Below, one piece after another: positions 1 to 12,417 of a DNA stretch of 46,544 nt. The notes under the pieces were generated by a model, which made no database searches, had not been told where the DNA came from, and saw only the letters and a list, made by a program, of their open reading frames with translations. The stretch comes from Octopus bimaculoides (Eukaryota). The stretch lies in contig NC_068983.1 of the NCBI RefSeq assembly GCF_001194135.2, forward strand, positions 127,871,722-127,918,265, given 5' to 3'. The position numbers and the translations under genes are program-made. Numbering within the stretch: position 1 is the stretch's first letter; each line of letters opens with the position of its first letter.

Positions 1-338
1 CGGATTGTTAGAAAAGATCATAAAAGTACAGCTCTCAAAATTACTGTAGAGCTTAATGACCACCTCCAGAAAACGGTTTCCACAAAATTTGTTCGCCAGG
101 CGCTGTACAAAGCCGGATTCCACAGGAGGGTTGCAACCTGAAAACCTCCACTTTCAAAAACAAACATTGGAAAGCATGTTGAGTGGAGTAAAAAACACCT
201 ACGGAATTGATCCCTAGAGCAGTGGAAGAATGTTATTTTCTCGGACGAGTCATCCTTTACCTCATTTCCTGCAACCCATCGGGTATATGCGTGGAGACAG
301 CCAAAAGAAGAATTTGACCCAGACTACCTTTTTCCAGA
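1..338 (+). pseudogene. Tc1-family DNA transposon transposase fragment (decayed, 5' end outside the window)
   Basis: Frame 1 reads RIVRKDHKSTALKITVELNDHLQKTVSTKFVRQALYKAGFHRRVAT*KPPLSKTNIGKHVEWSKKHLRN*SLEQWKNVIFSDESSFTSFPATHRVYAWRQPKEEFDPDYLFP. This is the Tc1 HTH region plus the first catalytic Asp motif W-x2-V-x-FSDES-x-F, with in-frame stops at 139-141 and 208-210. Confidence 0.92.
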
Positions 339-457
339 TGTGGAAGAGCGTAGTCTCAAAACATTAAAGACTTTCTCACTTCCCGAGCGTTAAACTAATA
401 CATCTGTTTGTTGTCTACACCACCTGTCTTTGTTGTCTTTTTTTAATGAATTCTCCC

Positions 458-458
<1 letters not shown>
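339..458 (+). mobile_element. Short terminal fragment of the Penelope-like repeat family (same family as 11665-12160 and 45866-46300)
   Basis: tgtggaagagcgtagtctcaaaacattaaagac...ctaatacatctg...tctacaccacctgtc aligns by eye to 12045-12155; it ends in a (TG)n tract. Confidence 0.8.
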
Positions 459-460
<2 letters not shown>

Positions 461-502
<42 letters not shown>

Positions 503-749
503 ACATTCTCCTAAATACACACGTATGCTTATATACATGAGTCTCAATTTTTAAACATTTCCCTTTCTGAATCCCCATGCTTTGGCTTCTATCTTTATGA
601 GAATAACTAAGGAAAAGGTATTTCATATACTATCTGTAGATAACCATGGAAGCTCACATATACATACTCACGAACATATTCTTACACACACAGAAACGCA
701 CACATACATATGCATACATATATATGTGTGTGTGGGTGTATGTGTGTGT

Positions 750-792
<43 letters not shown>
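461..792. repeat. (TG)n / (TA)n microsatellite cluster
   Basis: Pure TG runs at about 461-497 and 727-792. Confidence 0.95.
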
Positions 793-793
<1 letters not shown>

Positions 794-1131
794 TAATACA
801 TACTGTCTATAGTGTAATCAGATTGTATATACATGTGTGTATCCTATATGCGATAATTATTCTTGTGTTGAAATGGGGAAGGCTGTAGTTTAGCTGAGTC
901 ATCGAGATATTATAATTGTCTCTCAAACGTTTCTGACACACCCAAACATTGCCGTTTGTCTGTAGCAGCAGTATTTTATAAGCAGAATTTTGTTTTTCTG
1001 TTAGTAATTCCGTGTTAGTATGCATACAAAATATATATGCCTTTGTCTGTATTTCTTATGAATAACTGACATTTTACACATATATCAATGTATATAGCTA
1101 CCCACACAGTTATACGCATTGTCACGCACAG

Positions 1132-1172
<41 letters not shown>

Positions 1173-1219
1173 GTGTGTGTGTCTGTATACATGTGAATAT
1201 AAGTGCATGNNNNNNNNNN

Positions 1220-1294
<75 letters not shown>

Positions 1295-1950
1295 TGTGTG
1301 TGTGTTGGTCTATCTGTTTCGCTGACATTTTCCTGATAGCATGGGTGTGATTGTTTTAGTTGTTAGAATTGTGTTATTACAGATGGTTCGTGTCGTTCCT
1401 TCTACAAACCATTCAACTGTAAAATGGTATTATATCCACGTGTCAATCAGAAGTAAGCTATCTTCCTTCAAGAATGTCACAACACAATGCAACCTTGTTC
1501 AATTATAGCAACTAGCCAGGTTGAAATGTCTTTGTGTGTGTGTTTGTGTGTGTGAAATTATATTTGTACAGCTTCAAAACACAAATACATGCCGAGATAT
1601 AGGTGGCTATTTCTGGAAGTCGTTTCTCTAATATCTGAGACAAAATTCCAGCACTAATAGTAATGTGGCGGTACTGACTGGAATAACTAGTGGTGATCGT
1701 TTAGATATATCCTTATACGGAGTTAAAATAATAGCGATCTTTCAGTTTGCTTAGTAAATATATAATATATGCCGAACCGTCTTGAGTATCGCAAAAGGCC
1801 TGCTTGAAAGCCCACCCTTCGTAGTTCTTTTGCAGGGCTTACGAAAAATGAAGGTCCGCTGCAATAAGTGTGTGATTCTGAGAGGTAAATATGGTGAATA
1901 AAATCTTGTATGTTCTTTCACTCACAGCCCGAAACTTGTCAGCACCCCCT

Positions 1951-1984
<34 letters not shown>

Positions 1985-2403
1985 TATANNNNNNNNNNNN
2001 NNNNNNNNNNNNNNNNNNNNNNNNNNNNNNNNNNNNNNNNNNNNNNNNNNNNNNNNNNNNNNNNNNNNNNNNNNNNNNNNNNNNNNNNNNNNNNNNNNNN
2101 NNNNNNNNNNNNNNNNNNNNNNNNTATTTATATATATATAATGTTTTGCTCAAATGGATTAGAACACAAAATCCGAATTTTTCCGCGAACAGCGTCAAGC
2201 GCAGTTACAAGAGAAATCCAGACGAGCTGATATTGAGTAGTAATTCCTATAAACAGAATTTAGTCGGACATACACACACACACATATAATGCTTGTGAAT
2301 CCTAATTGCATTTATCTGAACCACTGCCTCTGTATCTTTCTCTTTCTCTCTCTTTTCACCTAACCTTTCTCTCTCTCTCTCTCTATCTCTCTCTCTCGCT
2401 CTA

Positions 2404-2435
<32 letters not shown>

Positions 2436-2627
2436 GGTGAGCAGTATATAAGTAAATGAATTATTATAATGCCATGTTTTCTGATTAAATGAAACACTAG
2501 ACATGGGTTATATACTGGAGTAGTTTCCCCCACACTCCCGTGCAAACTTTCATTCATGGTAAACTATTTATAGCCGTTGCGTAATTCAAATCTAAAGCAT
2601 TCTTTTTATAATTGCTTGCTTACTTAC

Positions 2628-2771
2628 ACACGGAGCCTCCAATGTTGGCATGTGGATGAATTGTCATATCTATTCAATTTTGTTCCTGAGAGAGTCATTA
2701 TTTTGTCAATCCCATAATGAATGAATGCAACTATCTTTTTCGGTGGCATTGGAACTCTCCAGATAAAGTAC
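2628..2771 (-). CDS. Candidate internal coding exon of an unidentified minus-strand gene
   Basis: Minus-strand acceptor cttccttttAG and donor GTAAGT; 144 bp, phase 2/2; open as (R)YFIWRVPMPPKKIVAFIHYGIDKIMTLSGTKLNRYDNSSTCQHWRLR(V). No family recognised. Confidence 0.3.
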
Positions 2772-2903
2772 CTAAAAGGAAGCTGTTAGACATCTGACAT
2801 TTGGAACAACCTACCAGCTTAGGTGTACCTACTCTGATAAGCATTAAACTGTCGACATATGGTAAACGAGTAATTTCTATAGGAATATATTTCAGAGTGT
2901 AAA

Positions 2904-3186
2904 TGCAAGTGACTTAGTGGCTAGGATAATAGGCACACAATCGTAAGATCGTGTGTTTGATTCCCGGCAGTGTGTTCTGTCCTTGAACAAGGCCATTTAT
3001 TTCACGTTGCTTCAATCCATTCAGCTTTGAAAAATATGTTGTACCTCTAATTCAAAGACCTGACTATGAGAACTAAGTTAAGGGTATGCGTGTCTGTGGA
3101 GTTCTTCACCACTTGCAAGTTAATTTCAGTCTATTCGGTTGATCGGATCAACTGGAACGCTTGTCGTCGTAACCCACAGAATGTCA
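2904..3186 (+). mobile_element. tRNA-derived SINE, family C (CORE-like body)
   Basis: Head tgacttagtggctagg...cacaatcgtaagatcgtgtgtttgattccc has A/B-box-like motifs and is followed by gtccttgaacaaggccattt; homologous to 39611 and 40947. Confidence 0.75.
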
Positions 3187-3704
3187 ATTATATTTTGAGG
3201 TTTAGTAGAATTCTATGATAACAAAAATAAGTGCAGAACCTAAGCGTACACACATATGTATGCGTGTATGTATGGATGTGTGTGTTCTGTACGTGGATAC
3301 GTGCCTCTATGTGTGTGTGCGTGATGTTTAGATGATAGCAAATATTAAAATTTGCACATATATTTATATATGCATACACAATTAAATGTGCAATAAATTC
3401 CTCTGAGCTTCATATGCGTGAATTCTTAAGATTACACATTGGTATACTGATAATTATCGGCACGATCATTCCCATCAATTGAATTGCGTGTGAAAATATC
3501 ATAAAATGCTTTTGGTATTCTTAACATTTGTATAGTATTGAATCATAATTTGTAAAATATACTAGAATATCAATAGAAAAAGAAAACAAAAGCATTGAAT
3601 GTTACACGCACATGAGTAACTTTATTGTACTATAAATATCATTGCCCCTGTGGCAAATAAAATAAATTATTGTTGTTGCTGTTATATCTATAATAATTAT
3701 TAGG

Positions 3705-3887
3705 TTGGAAGATTAGAAGTATCGTTAGAGCTTTGAAAGAAAGAACTAACGGTATTTGTTCGCATTCATTCTATTAGGAAGTCAAATCGTGTAGAGGTCA
3801 ATTTTACCCTTCATCCCCACTAGTATTTGGGTTCCATGGTTTAGACTAACCGGTCGTCCTCGGAATTTCTGTTCTCGGAATTTCTGT
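3705..3887 (+). mobile_element. Degenerate tRNA-derived SINE, family B
   Basis: gaagtatcgttagagc...cggtattt...gtcaaatcgtgtagaggtcaattttacccttcatcc matches 16732 and 18538 by eye. Confidence 0.6.
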
Positions 3888-3899
3888 GACAAGTCGGAT

Positions 3900-4095
3900 G
3901 GTAGGTAGTAATCGTTGGCGTCTTATACAAAATATTAAGCGGCATTTCATTCGGTTTTATGTTAACCGAGGTTATCTTGGAGTCTTTTCGTAGTCAAAAG
4001 AAAAATGTACCACTTCAGCACTAGAGTCGATGTAATCAAAAACAGACTCCGCACTTCCACCAAAGTTTCATACCTTGTCTCTACAGACGAAAATA
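3900..4095 (+). mobile_element. Second, tandem degenerate SINE family B copy
   Basis: taatcgttggcgtc...aaaatattaagcggcatttc...gtaccacttcagcactagagtcgatgtaatc. Confidence 0.65.
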
Positions 4096-4338
4096 TTATC
4101 ATTGTAAGGTCGGAGGAATAATAGAAGATTCTGGAGAGGCTTTAGAGAAGATGCCTAGATATATATCTTCTATCTGCCTACGTTTTGAGCTCAAATGCCA
4201 CACCACTCTGCAGTCCCTTTCAACGATTCGCAGGCGAGAAACTAAACTATCATTCAGAAAAACGTGGTCAAAAACGAATAATCTAATATTTTGTGAAAAC
4301 TTTAAATAAAAACCTACTACTTCATTGAAGTATGGGTA

Positions 4339-4700
4339 TACACCAGGATGGTATGAAAAGTTCATTGTCTGATTGTGAAGGGGTGATGGTAGACATGTGA
4401 AATCTTGCATGCATTCATTTCAACTCATCTTATTAATAACTGGATTTCGGTAGTTTGGTGCTTCACTGTTCAAAGAAACTTCAAAAGTAACTGGTTGTGA
4501 ATTCTCTTGAAAATGGAAATCAGTTGTGCATCCTTCGAGGCCATTCATGCTCACATTTATGAAGGTAAGATAGAAACTTGAGGAGGACCCTAAATATGAA
4601 CGTCCCGAAGCTGCCATTACTGAGGAAAACATTGATCGTGGTCAACACAAGTTAATGAATAATAGGCGATTATATATAAATCAAACAGCAAGCGCAGTAT
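4339..4700 (+). mobile_element. Mariner (Mos1-like) element 5' remnant
   Basis: TIR-like start TA-caccaggatggtatgaaaagttc. 4573-4699 translates as KLEEDPKYERPEAAITEENIDRGQHKLMNNRRLYINQTASAV, matching the mariner second-HTH motif L-E-D-x-P-R-S-G-R-P...EN-I...D-R-R-L-T. Confidence 0.8.
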
Positions 4701-5330
4701 TGTACTAGCAGTATTGTACTAGCAGTATAACCCCACGTTGTCCGAGTGTGACTTATTACGCCATCTACGATAAGTCTTGCTAGGTGAATATCAACTAAAA
4801 AGAAAGCGTTACAACGAAAGAACCTTTATGATGTAAATATGTTCATAATTCAATAGACGATGAAATTATTAGGGAAAGTCTGAAGGCTGTTTTGCGTAAC
4901 ATTATTGAGCGTACGTAACTTTCATCCGTCTAATTGGCTATAGAAACGCTTGGGCAAACAAATTTCGCACTGCCCTGATTATACATACCAGGGTAATCCC
5001 TTTTGGCAGGAGCTAGGACGACAATTTGTGATGAAGCAATTGCTGGTGATCTATTGCTACACAGTTCTACCAGAATTCTATCAGATTGGGCAGTAGATGT
5101 TGATGCACCATTTAGCATTACGTTCAAAGTAGCTTCTGGAATGTGGTGAATTACTGCAGTTTGTTGCTGTCTTTTTAAATCGGTTACTTTCTTTCCCCAG
5201 CAAGCTCTCTTCTTTATAGGCATAATTTATGTATATATTAAAGAGAACAACAAAAGGTTTAATAGATGGCAGGGTTGGTAGCTTTCACATTTCTGTAATT
5301 TTTCAGATTAACACCCGCACGATTACCCAA

Positions 5331-5402
5331 ACCTAACCCTAAAACCGTAAACCTAACCCTAATCCTAACCCTAACACTAACCCTAAGCCCTAACGCTAAC
5401 GC
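5331..5402. repeat. Degenerate interstitial telomere-like (CCCTAA)n tract
   Basis: acctaaccct aaaaccgtaa acctaaccct aatcctaacc ctaacactaa ccctaagccc taacgctaac: about 12 imperfect CCCTAA units. Confidence 0.8.
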
Positions 5403-6109
5403 TCCCGGCGAACATATTTTGTGGAAACTGGGTCCTCGAGGTTGTCATTAAGCTCTGGAGTAATTTGGGGTACTGTACTTTTTTATCCTTTCTAACAATT
5501 CGCATGAGGTCCCTATCTGAATGTTTTGGTTTTCTTCCGGAGTTTAGCTTTGAAGTCCGTTAGCTATGCCATTGTATTGAATTTAATTTTGTCCAATCCG
5601 TTTATATACACACTTGTGTGTGTGTGTGTGTGTGTGTGTGTGTCTGTGTGTCTGTGTGTGTCTCTGTGTGTGTGTGTACGTATACATAGGACTATCACAA
5701 TTATCCCGAATACCAAATTAACTTCCAAATCTGTTGAACAAAATGCAACGCAAATACCCATGTTGTGGTGCAGTGTGATTCAAGCCAGAAACTATGTGGC
5801 TGCAAAGTAAGCAAGAAATATATTTCAAGAACAAATAGCAGTGTTTATATGACAATGAATACATCACATTTTCATAGATATATAATTATTCGCATTTTTG
5901 TCAGACGAAATAAAAAATTATGTTCATATAAATGCATTTATTCATATTCAAATAGCACTGATTTGTTGTGTTGACGTGAATGGTGTCCCGTATTCGTAAA
6001 CGAAATGCTGCTTTCCTCATTAATCTAACTGCACAGACAACAAACAAAATATTTTTATTTACTGAATTTAACTTACATGTGTATTCCTGTACACGCATGA
6101 ATACATACA

Positions 6110-6141
<32 letters not shown>

Positions 6142-6785
6142 CACATACACACGGATGTTGGAAGAGAAGTAGGAAGGACTAAAGCAGGTTAGATATTTCT
6201 GTTTATGAAATCTGAGGTGTTGAGATATCTGTGCACTTATTTATTGTATTTTCTTTTTCTTCTTCATTTTTGAATAAGCCAACCTAATCGGAGCTATAAA
6301 TGATAGTTGTCTATCATCGGGTTGTCCAGTTAATCAACATCTTGAGATTTAAAACTGGTAGACAAAGATGTACGAAAGTTGTATATAATACATATATGTG
6401 TCTGTGTATACGTGTTTGAGTTAATATGTGTTTGTGTGTGTGTGTTTATTTTATATATGTTAAGTTTCTGTGTCACTAGCAATTCATCGCTATCTATAAT
6501 AGTATATAAAACAATATAATATATGAGGTAAACTATATTATCATTCAACAAATTTTGTGTTTGTTTTCTTTTAAGCAACGAATCATTGATATATTTGATT
6601 TACTTAATTACAAAGTCTAGATTTCACATAAATACACAGTTTGTAATTGATTCGTCTTATATTGATTTTGTTGTGACTTTTTCCCCCGTACTTGCTGATA
6701 GCAGTAGCGGCGGAGAGTGTTGATAGTGCTGTATTATTTGTTGTTTTTCGTATGTCTGTGATGGACAGACATTTTGATAAGGTCA

Positions 6786-6834
<49 letters not shown>

Positions 6835-7433
6835 AATGGATTTTTTCAATTTCATTTTATTGCTAAACATAGTTAAGCTTCAGGGCAATTATATGTACGC
6901 ACACATACACACAAATATACATACATTTATAATAGGCTAACACACACACAAATAGATACATAGGCACACACACACATATATCTCTTTGAATATGCATGTA
7001 TATGTATGTATATATGAAACAAATTAGAAGATTGAGGGTGCATAAGACAGGAAAGGACTCAATATATTTGTTCTGAATATTTCATTTGTGTAGTATGTAA
7101 TATGCTTCCATTAGTCGCTAGAAATTTTATATATATATATATATATATNNNNNNNNNNNNNNNNNNNNNNNNNNNNNNNNNNNNNNNNNNNNNNNNNNNN
7201 NNNNNNNNNNNNNNNNNNNNNNNNNNNNNNNNNNNNNNNNNNNNNNNNNNNNNNNNNNNNNNNNNNNNNNNNNNNNNNNNNNNNNNNNNNNNNNNNNNNN
7301 NNNNNNNNNNNNNNNNNNNNNNNNNNNNNNNNNNNNNNNNNNNNNNNNNNNNNNNNNNNNNNNNNNNNNNNNNNNNNNNNNNNNNNNNNNNNNNNNNNNN
7401 NNNNNNNNNNNNNNNNNNNNNNNNNNNNNNNNN

Positions 7434-7489
<56 letters not shown>

Positions 7490-8621
7490 TCACCTTATTG
7501 CACTCTGTTTTTCTGATGCCTTCCATATGCGAACTGTTTACAAACATATATACGATAATAGCTGTGAATATTTACTTTGTCAGAGTTGTTTTTGCTACTA
7601 GTATCAGTGATTATTATGATAATAATGATACTATTCGTATACCAGTATTCACATTTTGCTGATACTATGAATATGTATTCTTTAAAAGTGAATAACAACT
7701 ACCATAAAAGTTTTGATTCATCTTCATCCAAAACGAAAGCAAGAATTAATCACAAGAATCAGAGAAAATATATAATGCATAAAAGGAATAACTTTAACGT
7801 TCATTGTAACGATAATTATATATTCATGCATGTATAAAAGTCAAACAGAGAGACGCAAGCACAGAAACGCTCACATACGTTATTCTCATGCACGAGCGCA
7901 TGGGCGTGCATGCATACAGATTTTAAACAACTTTTCCTTTTTTGCCAATATACGGAAGTGTGAAATCTCATAAGCATGCACTGAGGTATGGATATATGTT
8001 TGCGCATGTGTATATGATTTTGTGTCTATATATGAATGTTAGCATAAAAAGTTTATGTAGTTGGGAATTCATTTTCTAGCATAGTAGGGTGTGTGAATCA
8101 TATGATCCATTGAGATACATCTGTGGGTATGTATTCGTGTTTTTATGAGTGTGTATGTACGCATTCCTTTTTGTTATCGTTCGTTATGCCTATAAATATC
8201 TATGGTAACAAATGACTGAGAAAATCAATAATGTTGTTGATGATGAAGATAATAAGAATAATGAAAATAATAATAAGGAAAATAACAAGAAGAAGAAACA
8301 GAAGAATATTAATAATAACAATCACAACTGTAACAACGATATTAATATTTAATTCAAATAGGAAAACACAGTCAATAAAGATCAAAATCAAATATCAATA
8401 TGTACGGTTAATGGCGTCTGGTTTTTGTATTATGAAATAGAGACCAAACATAGAACACATATGCACACAAACAAAAAACAGGCATATATACATAGATACA
8501 TACATAACTTTATATAAACATATATACACACACATATACACATATGCTCTCACACAGTCTCTCTATATATACACACTATCTATATATCTATCTATCTATA
8601 TATACACCATATACTATATAT

Positions 8622-8678
<57 letters not shown>

Positions 8679-9298
8679 NNNNNNNNNNNNNNNNNNNNNN
8701 NNNNNNNNNNNNNNNNNNNNNNNNNNNNNNNNNNNNNNNNNNNNNNNNNNNNNNNNNNNNNNNNNNNNNNNNNNNNNNNNNNNNNNNNNNNNNNNNNNNN
8801 NNNNNNNNNNNNNNNNNNNNNNNNNNNNNNNNNNNNNNNNNNNNNNNNNNNNNNNNNNNNNNNNNNNNNNNNNNNNNNNNNNNNNNNNNNNNNNNNNNNN
8901 NNNNNNNNNNNNNNNNNNNNNNNNNNNNNNNNNNNNNNNNNNNNNNNNNNNNNNNNNNNNNNNNNNNNNNNNNNNNNNNNNNNNNNNNNNNNNNNNNNNN
9001 NNNNNNNNNNNNNNNNNNNNNNNNNNNNNNNNNNNNNNNNNNNNNNNNNNNNNNNNNNNNNNNNNNNNNNNNNNNNNNNNNNNNNNNNNNNNNNNNNNNN
9101 NNNNNNNNNNNNNNNNNNNNNNNNNNNNNNNNNNNNNNNNNNNNNNNNNNNNNNNNNNNNNNNNNNNNNNNNNNNNNNNNNNNNNNNNNNNNNNNNNNNN
9201 NNNNNNNNNNNNNNNNNNNNNNNNNNNNNNNNNNNNNNNNNNNNNNNNNNNNNNNNNNNNNNNNNNNNNNNNNNNNNNNNNNNNNNNNNNNNNNNNNN

Positions 9299-9330
<32 letters not shown>

Positions 9331-9769
9331 TTACATATATATATATATGCGAGTATGTGTGTGAGTCTTTGTGAATATATAAATATATCACAAGTAAAAA
9401 AAACAAACAAACAGAGCGAACTAAAAATCGCCGAATGCACAGAGACAAAGATATGAAATATATTTTGAGTAACACCCTCCACTAACAACAACACAAAACA
9501 CAGGCAGAAATACTACAACAACAAAAAGACCATCAATATTACATCCTTTACAAGCACTATTAGAAATAATTCTAGAAATAGTACTATTCAATGGCAAAAG
9601 AATGACTATAGTGACTAATATAGCAGTAACAAAAACAAGCCGTAAATATCTATAAAAGTACAAAACTCATAGTGTGAACACGAGAAAACATTAGCATCAA
9701 TATATGTGCACGGTCAGATATGTTATACACACACACACATACATAAAACGTACAAACACACACACACAA

Positions 9770-9841
<72 letters not shown>

Positions 9842-10109
9842 TAATAAATATATATGTATGTGCGTATCTATATATATATATATATATATACATTAATAAA
9901 TATATATGTATGTGCGTATCTATATATATATGTGTGTATATATATGTGCATATATATATATGTGAGAGTATATACATATATATATATATATGGGAATATA
10001 TATATATATATAGGTATATATATATATGTATATAAATATATATATATATATATGTATATGTATATGTATATATGTATATATCTATATATATGTGTATATA
10101 TTTATATCC

Positions 10110-10182
<73 letters not shown>

Positions 10183-11082
10183 TTCGTTTGTGTGTGGTTG
10201 TGTAGAATGCTGGACTGCTTGTGTCGTCGCTGTTTTGGATACCTTTCGCATCTCCATATTGCATGAAGATCATATCGGATGTTTTCTGTAGACGCACTTT
10301 GTTATTATAGGTACTGGAGATTTGCAATCGTGAACAATATGTAGACTTGTCCGAGAAACCATGCAGTTCCCTACAGAGAGCCGTGTGCATGTACGGGCTG
10401 CTTACAAGAACATTTTCTCCATCTTTATTTTTTATGCACGCTCTGCTTTTCTTTTCTTTTAGCTTAATAAGCATAAATTAAACCTATTGCTTTTCTCTGA
10501 TGTAGAATTAGTTGCATCTACATACATATCTATCTATCAGTATTTAGTTAATTGGGGGTTTATGTGTGCTCCTGACGTCATGTGAAATTTTGAGAAAACT
10601 GGAAATAAATGGCATCCTAATTTTTCACTACGAAATTGTTTTTCAGATCACTATTTGCAGAACACCAAAAGAAGTTATTATTCATTCATAATTTTTAACC
10701 TGTGTTTTTCCTGCAGTGAAGTTTACTCCTTATAGAAGAAACATAATACATGATCATTGCAACATGTTACAATGGATGTCTTGATGCAAGTCTGATTAAT
10801 TATAACCCCACTATAACGAACCGCGTATGTTTGCATTACATTACATGTAGAAGTATTTACGTTTAACGTCGTTAGAAACGGAGTGGAACGGGGAAAACTT
10901 GAAATCATAAATATGGGTTAAATTCATAATTCTTTCTCCTAACTTGTATTGTGTTTGTCTGTGTTTATCTGTGTTTGTGCTAATCAGCTTGTGACAGAGT
11001 TATGTCCGGCAGAATGTCACTCCGAGACACGAATGGATACAGAGATAACCAGGCCTTTCAGCGAAATACCTGCTGACCCAAA

Positions 11083-11113
<31 letters not shown>

Positions 11114-11664
11114 NNNNNNNNNNNNNNNNNNNNNNNNNNNNNNNNNNNNNNNNNNNNNNNNNNNNNNNNNNNNNNNNNNNNNNNNNNNNNNNNNNNNNNN
11201 NNNNNNNNNNNNNNNNNNNNNNNNNNNNNNNNNNNNNNNNNNNNNNNNNNNNNNNNNNNNNNNNNNNNNNNNNNNNNCTTTTTGGTATATAAACATTGTA
11301 TTTTGAGAAATAACCAGTTTCGTGTTGTCTTTTCAAATTTCTCTACTTCATTGTAACCTGTTCGTTCCAGTCTGAAAAAGAAGAGTTCTAGATAGGGGGA
11401 GGTAATTAGGGATTTCTTCCGGTATAGGGGATATAATCGAAAACTAGGAGGTGGTAGAATTTGGTTAATTTACCATGGTTTTGTTCTATATTTTTTTCAC
11501 TTTTTTCTCAGTGAGGTGATGAATTTCCTTATTTAAATGTGTTAGCAATGGTTAAGTTTGGGTTTGTATTTTTGAATGAAAAAGGTTTCCTTATTTAATC
11601 TAATCTTTGTTGGTGTTTTAATGGCACATATATATGTATGTATGTTCGTGTCTGCGTGTGTGTG

Positions 11665-12160
11665 TGCACCCCACCCGTGCTTTCCCATTCTCACCTCTCC
11701 CACCTCTCAACACCATCACATCAAACCACACTACACCATACCACACAACACACCTCCACGTACACACCAGCAATGACCAGTTCACATCCCCACATTTTCA
11801 CACCGACATATACACACATGCACACGTCAAGATCACTAGCACTCTTTCATACGCACATACCTACTCTCTTACACACACGTGCACTTTTGTTTTGGGATCG
11901 CTACTTCTTTGTTATCTGCCCTTCTTCCTAGGTCTCCTGTGTGACACTTCTAATCCGGCATTCGCCATGATAGATTGCTGACCACTACATATTTTTTCTC
12001 TCTCCACGTTTTTCTCTCTCCTTGTTTCTTTCTGTGTTCCTTTCTGTGGAAGAGCGTAGGTCGAAACGTTAAAGAGTTTTTCAGTTATACTAATACATCT
12101 GGGTTTTTTCTACACCACCTGTCCTCGTCTTTTGTTTCTTTTTTGTGAATTATCCCCCCC
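11665..12160 (+). mobile_element. Penelope-like element terminal-repeat/3' region (no ORF present)
   Basis: CAC/ACC-rich body, then ttttgggatc...tccggcattcgc...tttctgtgttcctttctgtggaagagcgtaggtcgaaacgttaaag. It is the reverse-complement homologue of 45866-46300. The Penelope assignment is inferred from the hammerhead-like motif and from recall of similar mollusc elements. Confidence 0.65.
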
Positions 12161-12417
12161 ACACACACATACACACACACACACACACANNNNNNNNNNN
12201 NNNNNNNNNNNNNNNNNNNNNNNNNNNNNNNNNNNNNNNNNNNNNNNNNNNNNNNNNNNNNNNNNNNNNNNNNNNNNNNNNNNNNNNNNNNNNNNNNNNN
12301 NNNNNNNNNNNNNNNNNNNNNNNNNNNNNNNNNNNNNNNNNNNNNNNNNNNNNNNNNNNNNNNNNNNNNNNNNNNNNNNNNNNNNNNNNNNNNNNTATAT
12401 ATATATATATATATATA

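Noticed and set aside
390-1336. Poly-HT, poly-CV and poly-YI ORFs here and throughout the window
   Set aside because: Translations of dinucleotide microsatellites, with no coding evidence.
1836-1884. 49-bp plus-strand segment with acceptor ttcttttgcAG and donor AG|GTAAAT
   Set aside because: Too short to assess (GLRKMKVRCNKCVILR), with no partner exon or homology.
10200-10440. GC-richer patch with several AG/GT sites
   Set aside because: No frame gives a recognisable protein or a consistent acceptor/donor pair.
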